Source: a virus (lineage: Duplodnaviria; Caudoviricetes). From it: a DNA stretch of 55,272 nt. This document shows, piece by piece, positions 9,148 to 17,119 of the stretch (position 1 is the stretch's first letter; the number at the start of each line of letters is the position of its first letter). Under the pieces are notes generated by a model. That model searched no databases. It saw only the letters and a list, made by a program, of their open reading frames with translations, and was not told where the DNA came from. The stretch spans positions 1 to 55,272 of IMG/VR virus record IMGVR_UViG_3300031355_000070. One strand, given 5' to 3'. A program made the translations under genes and the position numbers.

Positions 9148-9309
9148 ATGAGCAAGAAAAAAGAACTGGGTGATGCAGTTCATACAAGATTTTTTCCGGA
9201 AACTGAAGAGAAATTAAGACGGGTTGCGAAAGAAAATGGTAGAACGGTTTCTGGGATGATCCGATGGATAATCATGTGCTATCTACATGAATTGGATAGA
9301 GAAAAATAA
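9148..9309 (+). CDS. Arc-like ribbon-helix-helix regulator (53 aa)
   Basis: GAGGAG RBS; VHTRFFPETEEKLRRVAKENGRTVSGMIRWII resembles Arc/Mnt; missed by the ORF track. Confidence 0.7.
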   Translation: MSKKKELGDAVHTRFFPETEEKLRRVAKENGRTVSGMIRWIIMCYLHELDREK

Positions 9310-9322
9310 TTTGCTATGGCTA

Positions 9323-9351
9323 TTGACAAGGGGGTTCTAGTGTTATATAAT
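9323..9351 (+). promoter_or_regulatory. Consensus sigma70 promoter
   Basis: Perfect TTGACA-N17-TATAAT, followed by the palindrome TCATATATGA (9352-9361). Confidence 0.85.
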
Positions 9352-9398
9352 TCATATATGATACATACTATATATTCAAGTCCAGGAGGCACAGAAGT

Positions 9399-9686
9399 AT
9401 GAATATAGGTAGCAAAGACCTAATATTACTTAAATCGAAAATTACAGGCGATAATTTAAAAGATTTATTAAAGCAAAAAGGGCTATCAAAATGGAAGACT
9501 GCCAAAGATTGCAGAATTACTTATCGCACATTACTGAATTGGCAGAAAGGGATAACAGATCCATCTGATGAAATTGCTTTGAGAGTTGCTGAATATTTAG
9601 GATTGATAAAACCTGATGAAGTCAAAAAGCAAGAATTACAAAAAGAAGTCAAAGAACTGCAAAAAAAAATAGATAGGTTAAGTTAA
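9399..9686 (+). CDS. XRE-family HTH regulator
   Basis: LKQKGLSKWKTAKDCRITYRTLLNWQKGITDP HTH pattern; GGAGG RBS. Confidence 0.75.
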   Translation: MNIGSKDLILLKSKITGDNLKDLLKQKGLSKWKTAKDCRITYRTLLNWQKGITDPSDEIALRVAEYLGLIKPDEVKKQELQKEVKELQKKIDRLS

Positions 9687-10129
9687 TGATTAAAAATAAA
9701 AAAATAAATAATATTTGTATATTACGAAGAAAAATTGAAAAACTTATCAATGAATATTTTCCATTTAATGAATTAATAGAAATACCAGGAGATTTATTTT
9801 GGTGTAATTATCTTATTCATGAACGAGGTATTTATTTATTATTTAATGAAAAAAACATAATTTATATTGGGCTTTCAAATAATCTTGGTTCGAGATTAAA
9901 TACGCATTTCCATAATATTGATTACGGTAATGATATTACTTCAATAGGATTAATAAGATTAAATTATGAAGATTGGGATGATTTTGCAACGATCGAAGCA
10001 TATTTAATTCATGAATTCAATCCAATTTATAACAAAAATAATCAACATTTTTGGTATCGTAAATCTATACCTTCTGATTTTAATATGAATAAAATAATCA
10101 CAAAAATCAAGGAGTTAGGATTAAAATAA
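9686..10129 (+). CDS. GIY-YIG nuclease
   Basis: GIY...YIG-x-S...R-L-x-x-H...E...PIYN motif set; very AT-rich. Confidence 0.8.
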   Translation: MIKNKKINNICILRRKIEKLINEYFPFNELIEIPGDLFWCNYLIHERGIYLLFNEKNIIYIGLSNNLGSRLNTHFHNIDYGNDITSIGLIRLNYEDWDDFATIEAYLIHEFNPIYNKNNQHFWYRKSIPSDFNMNKIITKIKELGLK

Positions 10130-10139
10130 AGGAGGAATC

Positions 10140-10304
10140 ATGCCAAAGCAAACTTATAATTATCAGGGCAAGCGATTTGTATTTACAGGAAGCTATTTCT
10201 CGGACATTCCAATCTACGCACACAAAGCAGAGAGAATCCTGTTAGAGAATGGAAAGATATTTCAGCATTATTCTCTGGATGACAGGCTTCCGGCTCAAGG
10301 ATAA
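10140..10304 (+). CDS. Small hypothetical protein (54 aa)
   Basis: AAGGAGG RBS. Confidence 0.5.
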   Translation: MPKQTYNYQGKRFVFTGSYFSDIPIYAHKAERILLENGKIFQHYSLDDRLPAQG

Positions 10305-10308
10305 TGCC

Positions 10309-10527
10309 ATGAGAACGCTAGGAGACATTATAATCAATTCAGCAATCAATCTTTTTGAGCTTAAAAGGCTTGAGAGAGAAAAGGATTGTCGGGAATTTGA
10401 GGAAGAACTCTGCCTGAGATTTAACGAAGACCCGCAGAATGCTGATTTCAGTATTGGTCGTGATGGGCATCCTGACACTCTCCTTGACTTTGAATATATC
10501 GGTTTTTATCCTGTGGAGGAGGATTAA
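10309..10527 (+). CDS. Hypothetical GHPDT-motif protein, paralog of 18963..19139
   Basis: C-x-x-FNEDP...ADFSIGRDGHPDTLLDFEYIG. Confidence 0.55.
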   Translation: MRTLGDIIINSAINLFELKRLEREKDCREFEEELCLRFNEDPQNADFSIGRDGHPDTLLDFEYIGFYPVEED

Positions 10528-10528
10528 A

Positions 10529-10708
10529 ATGAAAGAAAACAGTTTTAAGAATGTTTCCAAATCTGATTTAGAAAAAGCTCGATTACGGTACAAAAAACAT
10601 CTAAATGAACATTGTACAAAAGAGGAGGTTATTGAAATACTATCAAATAATGTAAAGCATACTGCTCCTGAAGAATTATATATTGCTCATGGAGATTTAA
10701 ATGAGTAA
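10529..10708 (+). CDS. Hypothetical protein
   Basis: GGAGGAGG RBS before the ATG at 10529. Confidence 0.5.
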   Translation: MKENSFKNVSKSDLEKARLRYKKHLNEHCTKEEVIEILSNNVKHTAPEELYIAHGDLNE

Positions 10709-10895
10709 AGTATTATGTTGGGATTGTAAATTCAAAATGAAAGTGCCTGGCTCTGCTCATATTGAATGTGCGTGGAGACGAGGACATAAAAGACATGTTT
10801 GGTTTTATGAGGGCTTTGACCCTAATTATCCTAATCCAGTTTTTGAGTGCGAGGGGTTTCAGAAAGGAAGAGGATGGTTGAAGGAGAAGGGTTAG
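10701..10895 (+). CDS. Small Cys-rich protein
   Basis: CWDC...HIEC...C; GGAG RBS. Confidence 0.5.
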   Translation: MSKVLCWDCKFKMKVPGSAHIECAWRRGHKRHVWFYEGFDPNYPNPVFECEGFQKGRGWLKEKG

Positions 10896-10988
10896 ATGAA
10901 AACCTTTGGGGCTATCCTATTGGCTCTTTTTGCTATGCCTTTTATGCTGGGTTGTATGTGGTATGACATAGTGAGGCATTGGATATGA
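10896..10988 (+). CDS. Membrane micropeptide (30 aa) ending WYDIVRHWI
   Basis: AAGGAG RBS; paralog at 19738..19845. Confidence 0.55.
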   Translation: MKTFGAILLALFAMPFMLGCMWYDIVRHWI

Positions 10989-10993
10989 AAACA

Positions 10994-11082
10994 ATAGGCT
11001 GGGGGCAGGAAAATTAAAAAGTTGAATCATTCTGGCATTTATAAAATTGACAGCCTTGATTCAGACCCGTTCCCCAGCCTAT
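10994..11082 (+). other. Long intergenic RNA hairpin
   Basis: ATAGGCTGGGGG pairs with TCCCCAGCCTAT; inner TGAATCA/TGATTCA stem; ends at the next RBS. Confidence 0.65.
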
Positions 11083-11093
11083 AGGAGTGAGAG

Positions 11094-11261
11094 ATGACTA
11101 AAGAAAAACTTATGAAGTTAGTTAATATTGCTTTCAAGCAAAAAGCATTAAAAGCAAAAATGTTAGAACTGCCATATCGAAAACCACCGATTATATCTTC
11201 TGAAGAATGGGAGCAAGGCAGGAAGGCTTTATTAGAAATTTTAGATACCATTAAGGAGTAA
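11094..11261 (+). CDS. Small hypothetical protein
   Basis: AGGAG RBS. Confidence 0.5.
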   Translation: MTKEKLMKLVNIAFKQKALKAKMLELPYRKPPIISSEEWEQGRKALLEILDTIKE

Positions 11262-11264
11262 ACA

Positions 11265-11435
11265 ATGTCACCTGAAATGAAAATCGAACAAACGGATAAT
11301 GGTTGGATATTATCTTACTATGAAAACAGTCAGGATAAGATAACCGTATGTACAACATGGGAAGCTGTCCTGAACATCCTTGACGAATACTTTGGTTGGT
11401 ACGACGTAAAAGGAGATCTTAGGAAAAAACAATAA
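11265..11435 (+). CDS. Small hypothetical protein
   Basis: AAGGAG RBS; KIEQTDNGWIL motif. Confidence 0.5.
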   Translation: MSPEMKIEQTDNGWILSYYENSQDKITVCTTWEAVLNILDEYFGWYDVKGDLRKKQ

Positions 11436-11446
11436 AGGAGGGATTA

Positions 11447-11656
11447 ATGCTTTCTACAAAAAAAGTTTTTGATGGCTTTAATAATCTTTGGAGTGAGGCA
11501 GAAAAGAAGCTTGATGTAAATCATTTTCGTTTATGGCTATGCAGAATATATGGGATTTTAATGGTTCGAGGCAATGAGAAAATACTGAAAGGGAGTCAAA
11601 AAGCTTTTGAAAGCCAACTTATCAAACAAGAAAAGGAAATAAAGGAGGAACTATGA
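11447..11656 (+). CDS. Hypothetical protein
   Basis: AAGGAGG RBS. Confidence 0.5.
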   Translation: MLSTKKVFDGFNNLWSEAEKKLDVNHFRLWLCRIYGILMVRGNEKILKGSQKAFESQLIKQEKEIKEEL

Positions 11657-12489
11657 ACAATGAAAAAAATGAAGGCCTGCTTCCACTGGGCAATGAGGAA
11701 ATCATTACTCTTGAGGAAGCAGAGGATTTAATCTCGATTGCGCAAAGGCGTGTTCTGATTATTCCAAAGTTGATCGAAATGTCGCTAAAGCAAACGACAG
11801 ACAGGGACTGGGTAAATCAAAATGGCAATCCATATCTTGTACATTCCGGGGCCGAAAAGGTTGCTAGATTATTCGGCATCAAATTGAGAGATATCAAAAC
11901 TGAAAAGTTCATGGCAGAAGACACGAAAGGGAAGTATTACATTTATAAGACAACAGGCACAGCGGCACTTCCTGGAAAGTATGATTCCATAGAGGCAGTC
12001 GGGACCTGCTCGCAGCGAGATAAGTTCTGGGCTTACAGCAACAAGGAATGGAAGGACAGCCTTGAGATAGACGAGACGAACATTTTAAAAGCTTCGTACA
12101 CAAACTTTGTAGTTAATTCAATCACTCATCTTCTGGGACTCCGGAACATCACCTGGGATATGCTTGAGAAAGCTGGCGTGAAAACAGCCAAAGTCCAGAA
12201 AGTAGAATACGGCAAGGGTTCTCAAAAAACTGAGGCAACTTTGACAGAAAAAGACCGAGAAACCAGAAAGAAACTGTGGGATATCTGTCTAAACATGGCG
12301 GCTGGAGCAGAAGAGGAAGCGAAATTTCTATTGAAACGGTTTACGACATTCCCCAAAGATGGCAAGGAACTTTTCAGAGATGACATCAAGAAGCTCACGT
12401 CCAGCAAGTGGATTCAAGCGGCTTATGGTAAAGCAAAAAGAGCACAGAAAGAAGCTGATGATGCAATTCCAGAAAATGGGCAGTCATGA
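11653..12489 (+). CDS. Putative single-strand annealing (recombination) protein
   Basis: PYLVHSGAEKVARLFG motif; located next to an exonuclease. Confidence 0.55.
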   Translation: MNNEKNEGLLPLGNEEIITLEEAEDLISIAQRRVLIIPKLIEMSLKQTTDRDWVNQNGNPYLVHSGAEKVARLFGIKLRDIKTEKFMAEDTKGKYYIYKTTGTAALPGKYDSIEAVGTCSQRDKFWAYSNKEWKDSLEIDETNILKASYTNFVVNSITHLLGLRNITWDMLEKAGVKTAKVQKVEYGKGSQKTEATLTEKDRETRKKLWDICLNMAAGAEEEAKFLLKRFTTFPKDGKELFRDDIKKLTSSKWIQAAYGKAKRAQKEADDAIPENGQS

Positions 12490-13469
12490 ATGCCATAGAG
12501 ATAGAACAGCAACTAACTGATAAGCTAGAATCACATATTGAATCTGGAATCAGCAATAATATCTCACGTGGCCACAATAACGCTTCTGATATTGGTTTTG
12601 AGTGCGATACGTTCCAAACCTTATGCAGATTGAAAGGAGAGCTCAAGCCGAAGATATCACATGGACTGAAGAAGTTATTCCGGATCGGAAACATACTTGA
12701 GCGGCCGAATATTCGCTGGCTCCAAGATGCTGAAATCGAAGTTGTGGAAGCAACCAATAGAAGGTTCGAGTGGGAAAGATATAATATTGTAGGCTATATG
12801 GACGCAATGATACGACTTCCAAACACTAAAACTTGGCTACCTTTCGAGCATAAAACTTGTTCAGCTAATTCATTCAGAGCAATCCGGAAGTATAAGGAAC
12901 AAGGGATTTCTCTTGCACAGGCCGATCAGCTTTGGCTTCGGAAATATCCAGGGCAACTTATGACTTACATGCTTTTCAATGGAAGTGAGGCCGGTTTATG
13001 GTTCTATTATGAGAAGCAGAGCGGGCAATATCTCTTCTGGGTTCTGCCACTCGATTATGATTATGCAGACAGCCTGATCCGACGGGCTGAGAGATGTGAA
13101 GAGAATGTAAAGGCCGGCACTATCCCCAAACCAAAATACTGTGAATTGTGCGCTCAATGTCCCTTTGCTTTGACATACTGCTTTCCGGACCGGGATTTCG
13201 GACCGGGATTTGAGCTGTTGGATGATGAATCGCTTGAGCAGAAAATCAAGAGGATGAAAGAGCTTGAAGGAACTGAAGTTAAAGAGTACAAAAGCCTGAA
13301 AAAAATACTTATCGGCAACGGAGACAAGCCAGGGCTCTTATATCAGAAGAATGCTGTTGTCGGGAACTATATCATCGAATCGAAAGAGTATGAGAAAAAG
13401 GCCTTTTCCGTGGATGCCAGCACTTATTTTAGAACGTCGATAAAAGAGTTAAAGCCAGAGGGGGAGTGA
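12486..13469 (+). CDS. Cas4-like PD-(D/E)XK exonuclease with Fe-S cysteines
   Basis: ASDIGFEC, GYMD, EHKT, QLMTY and CELCAQC...YC motifs. Confidence 0.75.
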   Translation: MNAIEIEQQLTDKLESHIESGISNNISRGHNNASDIGFECDTFQTLCRLKGELKPKISHGLKKLFRIGNILERPNIRWLQDAEIEVVEATNRRFEWERYNIVGYMDAMIRLPNTKTWLPFEHKTCSANSFRAIRKYKEQGISLAQADQLWLRKYPGQLMTYMLFNGSEAGLWFYYEKQSGQYLFWVLPLDYDYADSLIRRAERCEENVKAGTIPKPKYCELCAQCPFALTYCFPDRDFGPGFELLDDESLEQKIKRMKELEGTEVKEYKSLKKILIGNGDKPGLLYQKNAVVGNYIIESKEYEKKAFSVDASTYFRTSIKELKPEGE

Positions 13470-13470
13470 G

Positions 13471-13701
13471 GTGAATAATTTCACGTTTATTAATCCTAAA
13501 GAAGCAGTAGAAAAAAAGCTGAAATTTAATGGAGAAGAAAGACCATTAGAATTTTGGGAAAAAATTGCAAACCAAAAATCAAAATTATGCTGTGCTTGTG
13601 GAAATTATCCTGAATGGAAACTAGCAGGAACAGGTTTGTGCTTTAGCTGCGCTACTGGCAAATGGGATGCCTCAAATGATTATGAACTTAAGGAGGAATG
13701 A
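13471..13701 (+). CDS. Small zinc-finger protein
   Basis: CCAC...LCFSC. Confidence 0.5.
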   Translation: MNNFTFINPKEAVEKKLKFNGEERPLEFWEKIANQKSKLCCACGNYPEWKLAGTGLCFSCATGKWDASNDYELKEE

Positions 13702-13702
13702 A

Positions 13703-14374
13703 ATGAATAATTTACAAGAGCTTGAAAAGAAAGTCTTGTCTTTGCCAGAAATGGCAAAAGAGATTGTCATTACAAATGATGACCAGCTTTTTAAGGGCAA
13801 TCAGTTTTTATTGCTTATCAAAAATAAACAGAAAGAAATCAACAGCGTTTTTAACCCAATGATTCAGAAGGCTCATGAGGCTCACAAGGAAGCGATAGCA
13901 CAGAAAAAGAAGTTTGAGAATCCATTGAGAGAAGCAGAAGATTATCTTAAAAGCCAGATTGCCCCATACCTTGCGGAAAAAGAAAGGGCTAGAAGAGAGG
14001 CCGAATTGAGAGCCCAAAGAGAAAGAGAGGAGGCGGAAAGAAAGGCCAGGGAAGAGGAAGAAAGAAAGTTACAAGAAGCAATAAAGGCTGAAGAAGAGGG
14101 TCGAATTGAGGAAGCAGAAGAGATTCTTAATGAAGAGGCAATAGAGCCAGCATTAAAAGAGCAGATTGTTCCAGAGAAAACAAAGCTTCAGGGAACATTT
14201 TTGAGGCGTGATTGGAAGTGGCGGATCTCAAATTTTGAAGATATCCCTAAAGAATACCTAAAACTTGATGAGGTTAAAATCAATCAGGCGGTAAGAAGTT
14301 TAAAGGAAAAAGCGGCTATTCCCGGAATCGAGATATATTACGAAGATAACGTTTCATCAAGGGGCTCAAGATGA
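13703..14374 (+). CDS. Coiled-coil phage protein (Gp157-like C-terminus)
   Basis: AAGGAGG RBS; E/R/K-rich coiled coil; C-terminal IPKEYL...IPGIEIY. Confidence 0.6.
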   Translation: MNNLQELEKKVLSLPEMAKEIVITNDDQLFKGNQFLLLIKNKQKEINSVFNPMIQKAHEAHKEAIAQKKKFENPLREAEDYLKSQIAPYLAEKERARREAELRAQREREEAERKAREEEERKLQEAIKAEEEGRIEEAEEILNEEAIEPALKEQIVPEKTKLQGTFLRRDWKWRISNFEDIPKEYLKLDEVKINQAVRSLKEKAAIPGIEIYYEDNVSSRGSR

Positions 14375-14622
14375 CTGATAAAATATTGATTAGAAAGACG
14401 GCTCTTTTCTGTCCTTTCTGCGGAAAGAAGCTCAGGAAATATGAATATGATACACATATTCAACAGGAATGTTATGCATATTGTTCAGCCTGCAAAAGGG
14501 AATATTCTACAAGCTTGATTTCATCAGATATTTCAACCAATACAGCAAACGGTGCTTGTTTCTACTGGATGGAAGGCGATACCAGAATATTAGACAGAAT
14601 AAGGAAGAGCAAGAAGGCATGA
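14371..14622 (+). CDS. Zinc-ribbon protein
   Basis: CPFCG...CSAC. Confidence 0.5.
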   Translation: MTDKILIRKTALFCPFCGKKLRKYEYDTHIQQECYAYCSACKREYSTSLISSDISTNTANGACFYWMEGDTRILDRIRKSKKA

Positions 14623-14629
14623 CTAATCC

Positions 14630-14689
14630 GGGCGGGTGCAGCCAGGCTTGTCCCCCTTTCCTGGATTCTCATTTTATCTGTGCCCGCCC
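14630..14689 (+). other. Intergenic RNA hairpin with a pyrimidine-rich loop
   Basis: GGGCGGGTGCAG pairs with CTGTGCCCGCCC; inner CCAGG/CCTGG stem around TCCCCCTTT. Confidence 0.65.
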
Positions 14690-14706
14690 TTTCATAAGGA
14701 TAAGCA

Positions 14707-15117
14707 ATGATGATTAGCTACAGCAAAGAAAAATATAACCGTCCAGCCGAAGAGAAGCTGATGATAGCAGTCCTAACAACCCAAATCATAGCCTATCTGA
14801 ACTCGATCTCAGTATCCGAAGAGCTCTATGGAAAAGCGATTCAGCCATCGAAACTCAAGCTCTATGATGGCCGTGGTAAGGGAACAGCTCTAAAGAAGAA
14901 TAAGAAGTCCAAGAGAAGATATGCCGAGCTTAACCGTGGCCAAAAAGCCGAAGCATATATATTCGAGGACAATAGAGAATCAGAATTTTATGTATTTGGT
15001 TTTACATTCATCTGCAAGCATATCGGACTGGACCCGGGGAAGCTAAGGAAAAAGATAAAAGAGACTAAAATGGAGCAAGTAAGGTATAGAATGAGACGGT
15101 TTGAAAGGGTTAGATAA
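14707..15117 (+). CDS. Hypothetical protein
   Basis: AAGGA RBS; EEKLMIAVL...FTFICKHIGLDPGKLRK. Confidence 0.55.
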   Translation: MMISYSKEKYNRPAEEKLMIAVLTTQIIAYLNSISVSEELYGKAIQPSKLKLYDGRGKGTALKKNKKSKRRYAELNRGQKAEAYIFEDNRESEFYVFGFTFICKHIGLDPGKLRKKIKETKMEQVRYRMRRFERVR

Positions 15118-15120
15118 TGC

Positions 15121-15149
15121 TTGACAAGCTAGATTGAGTTTAATAAAAT
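15121..15149 (+). promoter_or_regulatory. Sigma70-type promoter of the replication operon
   Basis: TTGACA-N17-TAAAAT. Confidence 0.75.
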
Positions 15150-15156
15150 AAGAACA

Positions 15157-15262
15157 TGAAAAGCTGGAGTGATGAAAATAATAATTAATAGCCCGCTTGC
15201 GGTCCGTCTTAATTGCCTATCTAAAGGCAGCTCTGGCTTTTCAGCTGCAAGCGGGCTTTTTT
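15157..15262 (+). promoter_or_regulatory. Structured leader with a terminator-like stem and an alternative pairing
   Basis: 15190-15202 pairs with 15245-15257, followed by a T-run; 15157-15169 is complementary to 15231-15243. Confidence 0.6.
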
Positions 15263-15274
15263 ATAGGAGAAAAA

Positions 15275-15832
15275 ATGGTTATATCTAAAAAGTTACGATT
15301 TGAAATATTTAAAAGAGATGGTTTTCAATGTCAATATTGCGGAAAATCTTCTCCAAGCATTGTTTTGGAACTTGATCATATTATTCCAAAGGTAGAAGGT
15401 GGTGAAGATAATCTTGAGAACCTTACTACTTCATGTTTTGAATGCAATCGGGGAAAAGGAAAGAATCTTTTAGAGGATTATAAAGAAGGAACAGATCCAA
15501 CAGAACAAGCCGTTTTATTATTAGAAAGAGAACGACAATTAAAAGAATATAATGAAGTTGTAAAGAAAATAAGAAAGCGAAAGAATAAAGATTATAAAGA
15601 TATTTTAGATTATTGGAATGATAAAATTGATATAAGCACTCATTGGATTCCTTGTGGTCCAATAAGAAATGCTCTAGATTTTCTTCCCAAAGAAAAAATA
15701 TTAGAGGCGTTTGATATTTGTTTAGGTAGTTATCAAAAATGGGAAAATAAAAGTTGGGGAGAATCATTTCGTTCTTATCTTTGTGGAATTCTAAGAAACA
15801 TGACGAATAATTATGGACAAGGAGAAAAATGA
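15275..15832 (+). CDS. HNH endonuclease-domain protein
   Basis: RDGFQCQYCG...LELDHIIP...NLTTSCFECNRGK; AGGAG RBS supports a start at 15275. Confidence 0.85.
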   Translation: MVISKKLRFEIFKRDGFQCQYCGKSSPSIVLELDHIIPKVEGGEDNLENLTTSCFECNRGKGKNLLEDYKEGTDPTEQAVLLLERERQLKEYNEVVKKIRKRKNKDYKDILDYWNDKIDISTHWIPCGPIRNALDFLPKEKILEAFDICLGSYQKWENKSWGESFRSYLCGILRNMTNNYGQGEK

Positions 15833-16638
15833 ATCGACCACCAGCCTTTCAATTCTATCCTAAAGATTTTCTTATGGATGATAAGGTTGCTGCTATGAAT
15901 TTGAAAGAAACAGGAGCTTATATTAAACTTTTATGCTATTGTTGGAACAATAATGGGCTAACAAAAAATCAAGAAGAATTAAAAAATATGTGCGGAAATC
16001 CAAGAGATTGGGAACACATATGGGGAAAGGTTGGTAAATGTTTTTACGAAAAAAAAGGAAAATTTTACAATAAAAGACTTGAGAAAGAGTATAGAAAGCA
16101 ACAAGCGTGGAGAAAAAAATCGCAGTTAGGAGGCATCCAGAGTGGCGTTTCCAGGCGTGGAATGGTTGAACCAAACGTGAAGGGTAGTTCGCAAATGGTT
16201 GCAACCAAAGGCCAACCAAAGGGCAACTCTTCAGTTTCCAGTTTGCATTCTTCTTTTAATAATAAAGATTTAAAAGATGTATGTTCGGAAAACAATTCTC
16301 CGAACCCTCCCAAACCCAAAACATATAAATATAAAGAAAATCACATGATAGAAGCTAAATATCTTGAATCTGCAATAAAAGCCACTTCTCCTAAACATAC
16401 TATTCAAGGCGGTAATTATCTTGAAAGCTGGGCCAACACTTTTAGAATTATGGAAGAAAAAAAGGAAGCAACTATAGACGAAATCAGATTCATTATCGAT
16501 TTTGCTATGAAAGATAAATTCTGGTATCGCAATATTCTTTCTGCAACTAAACTACGGAAGCAATTTGGAAGACTTTGGGAGGATGCTAGGCAGGAGTGGG
16601 AAAAGAAAAAACACTTATATGTGGGAAAGAATAAATAG
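15829..16638 (+). CDS. Replication initiator-like protein (YdaU/DUF1376 N-terminus)
   Basis: PAFQFYPKDFLMD...GAYIKLLCYCW; C-terminal FWYRNILSATKLRKQFGRL. Confidence 0.75.
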   Translation: MNRPPAFQFYPKDFLMDDKVAAMNLKETGAYIKLLCYCWNNNGLTKNQEELKNMCGNPRDWEHIWGKVGKCFYEKKGKFYNKRLEKEYRKQQAWRKKSQLGGIQSGVSRRGMVEPNVKGSSQMVATKGQPKGNSSVSSLHSSFNNKDLKDVCSENNSPNPPKPKTYKYKENHMIEAKYLESAIKATSPKHTIQGGNYLESWANTFRIMEEKKEATIDEIRFIIDFAMKDKFWYRNILSATKLRKQFGRLWEDARQEWEKKKHLYVGKNK

Positions 16639-16647
16639 GAGGCTTGA

Positions 16648-16989
16648 ATGGATGCTAAAACATTTATCGAAATTATAATGCCTTTTCATAAGGGCAAAGA
16701 GAATGCTATTACCAGGGAAGTTCTGAGAAATACTTTGCGATATATTTATAATACTCCTTTGCCAGATCGAGAGATGCGCAGAATAGTCAAGACCATGCCA
16801 GAGATTTGCTCATCCAGTCATGGCTATTACTTAGCAGACAGCCAGCAGGATTATGATGACGCTGTCGAGTATCTCAAGAAGAAGATATATCCGCTATGGG
16901 CTGACATCAAGAATTTGCAGGAGGCCTATCCTGAGTTTTCAAAGGGGGATGAGCAATTAAGCTTATTTGAGGGGGGCATAAATGAATAA
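16648..16989 (+). CDS. Winged-helix-like hypothetical protein
   Basis: GKENAITREVL...DREMRRIV...ICSSSHGYYLA. Confidence 0.55.
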   Translation: MDAKTFIEIIMPFHKGKENAITREVLRNTLRYIYNTPLPDREMRRIVKTMPEICSSSHGYYLADSQQDYDDAVEYLKKKIYPLWADIKNLQEAYPEFSKGDEQLSLFEGGINE

Positions 16990-17116
16990 ACCAGATAAAC
17001 CATCATCTTACTATTCAGCATTCTGGTTATTAATGGCAATGGTTTTATTCTGCACTATCTGGCTTGTGGGATTGTGGCACACAGGCAAAGCTGTAATTAA
17101 ATTTTTAGGAGGATAA
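16982..17116 (+). CDS. Small membrane protein (44 aa)
   Basis: GAGGGGG RBS; hydrophobic core. Confidence 0.45.
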   Translation: MNKPDKPSSYYSAFWLLMAMVLFCTIWLVGLWHTGKAVIKFLGG

Positions 17117-17119
17117 AGA

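Noticed and set aside
12486-13469. Cas4-like gene as part of a CRISPR-Cas system
   Set aside because: No repeat-spacer array or other cas genes were seen; its position beside an annealing protein fits a phage recombination exonuclease
15197-15274. N-terminal extension of the HNH ORF from the TTG at 15197
   Set aside because: It lies within the leader hairpin; the AGGAG RBS supports the ATG at 15275
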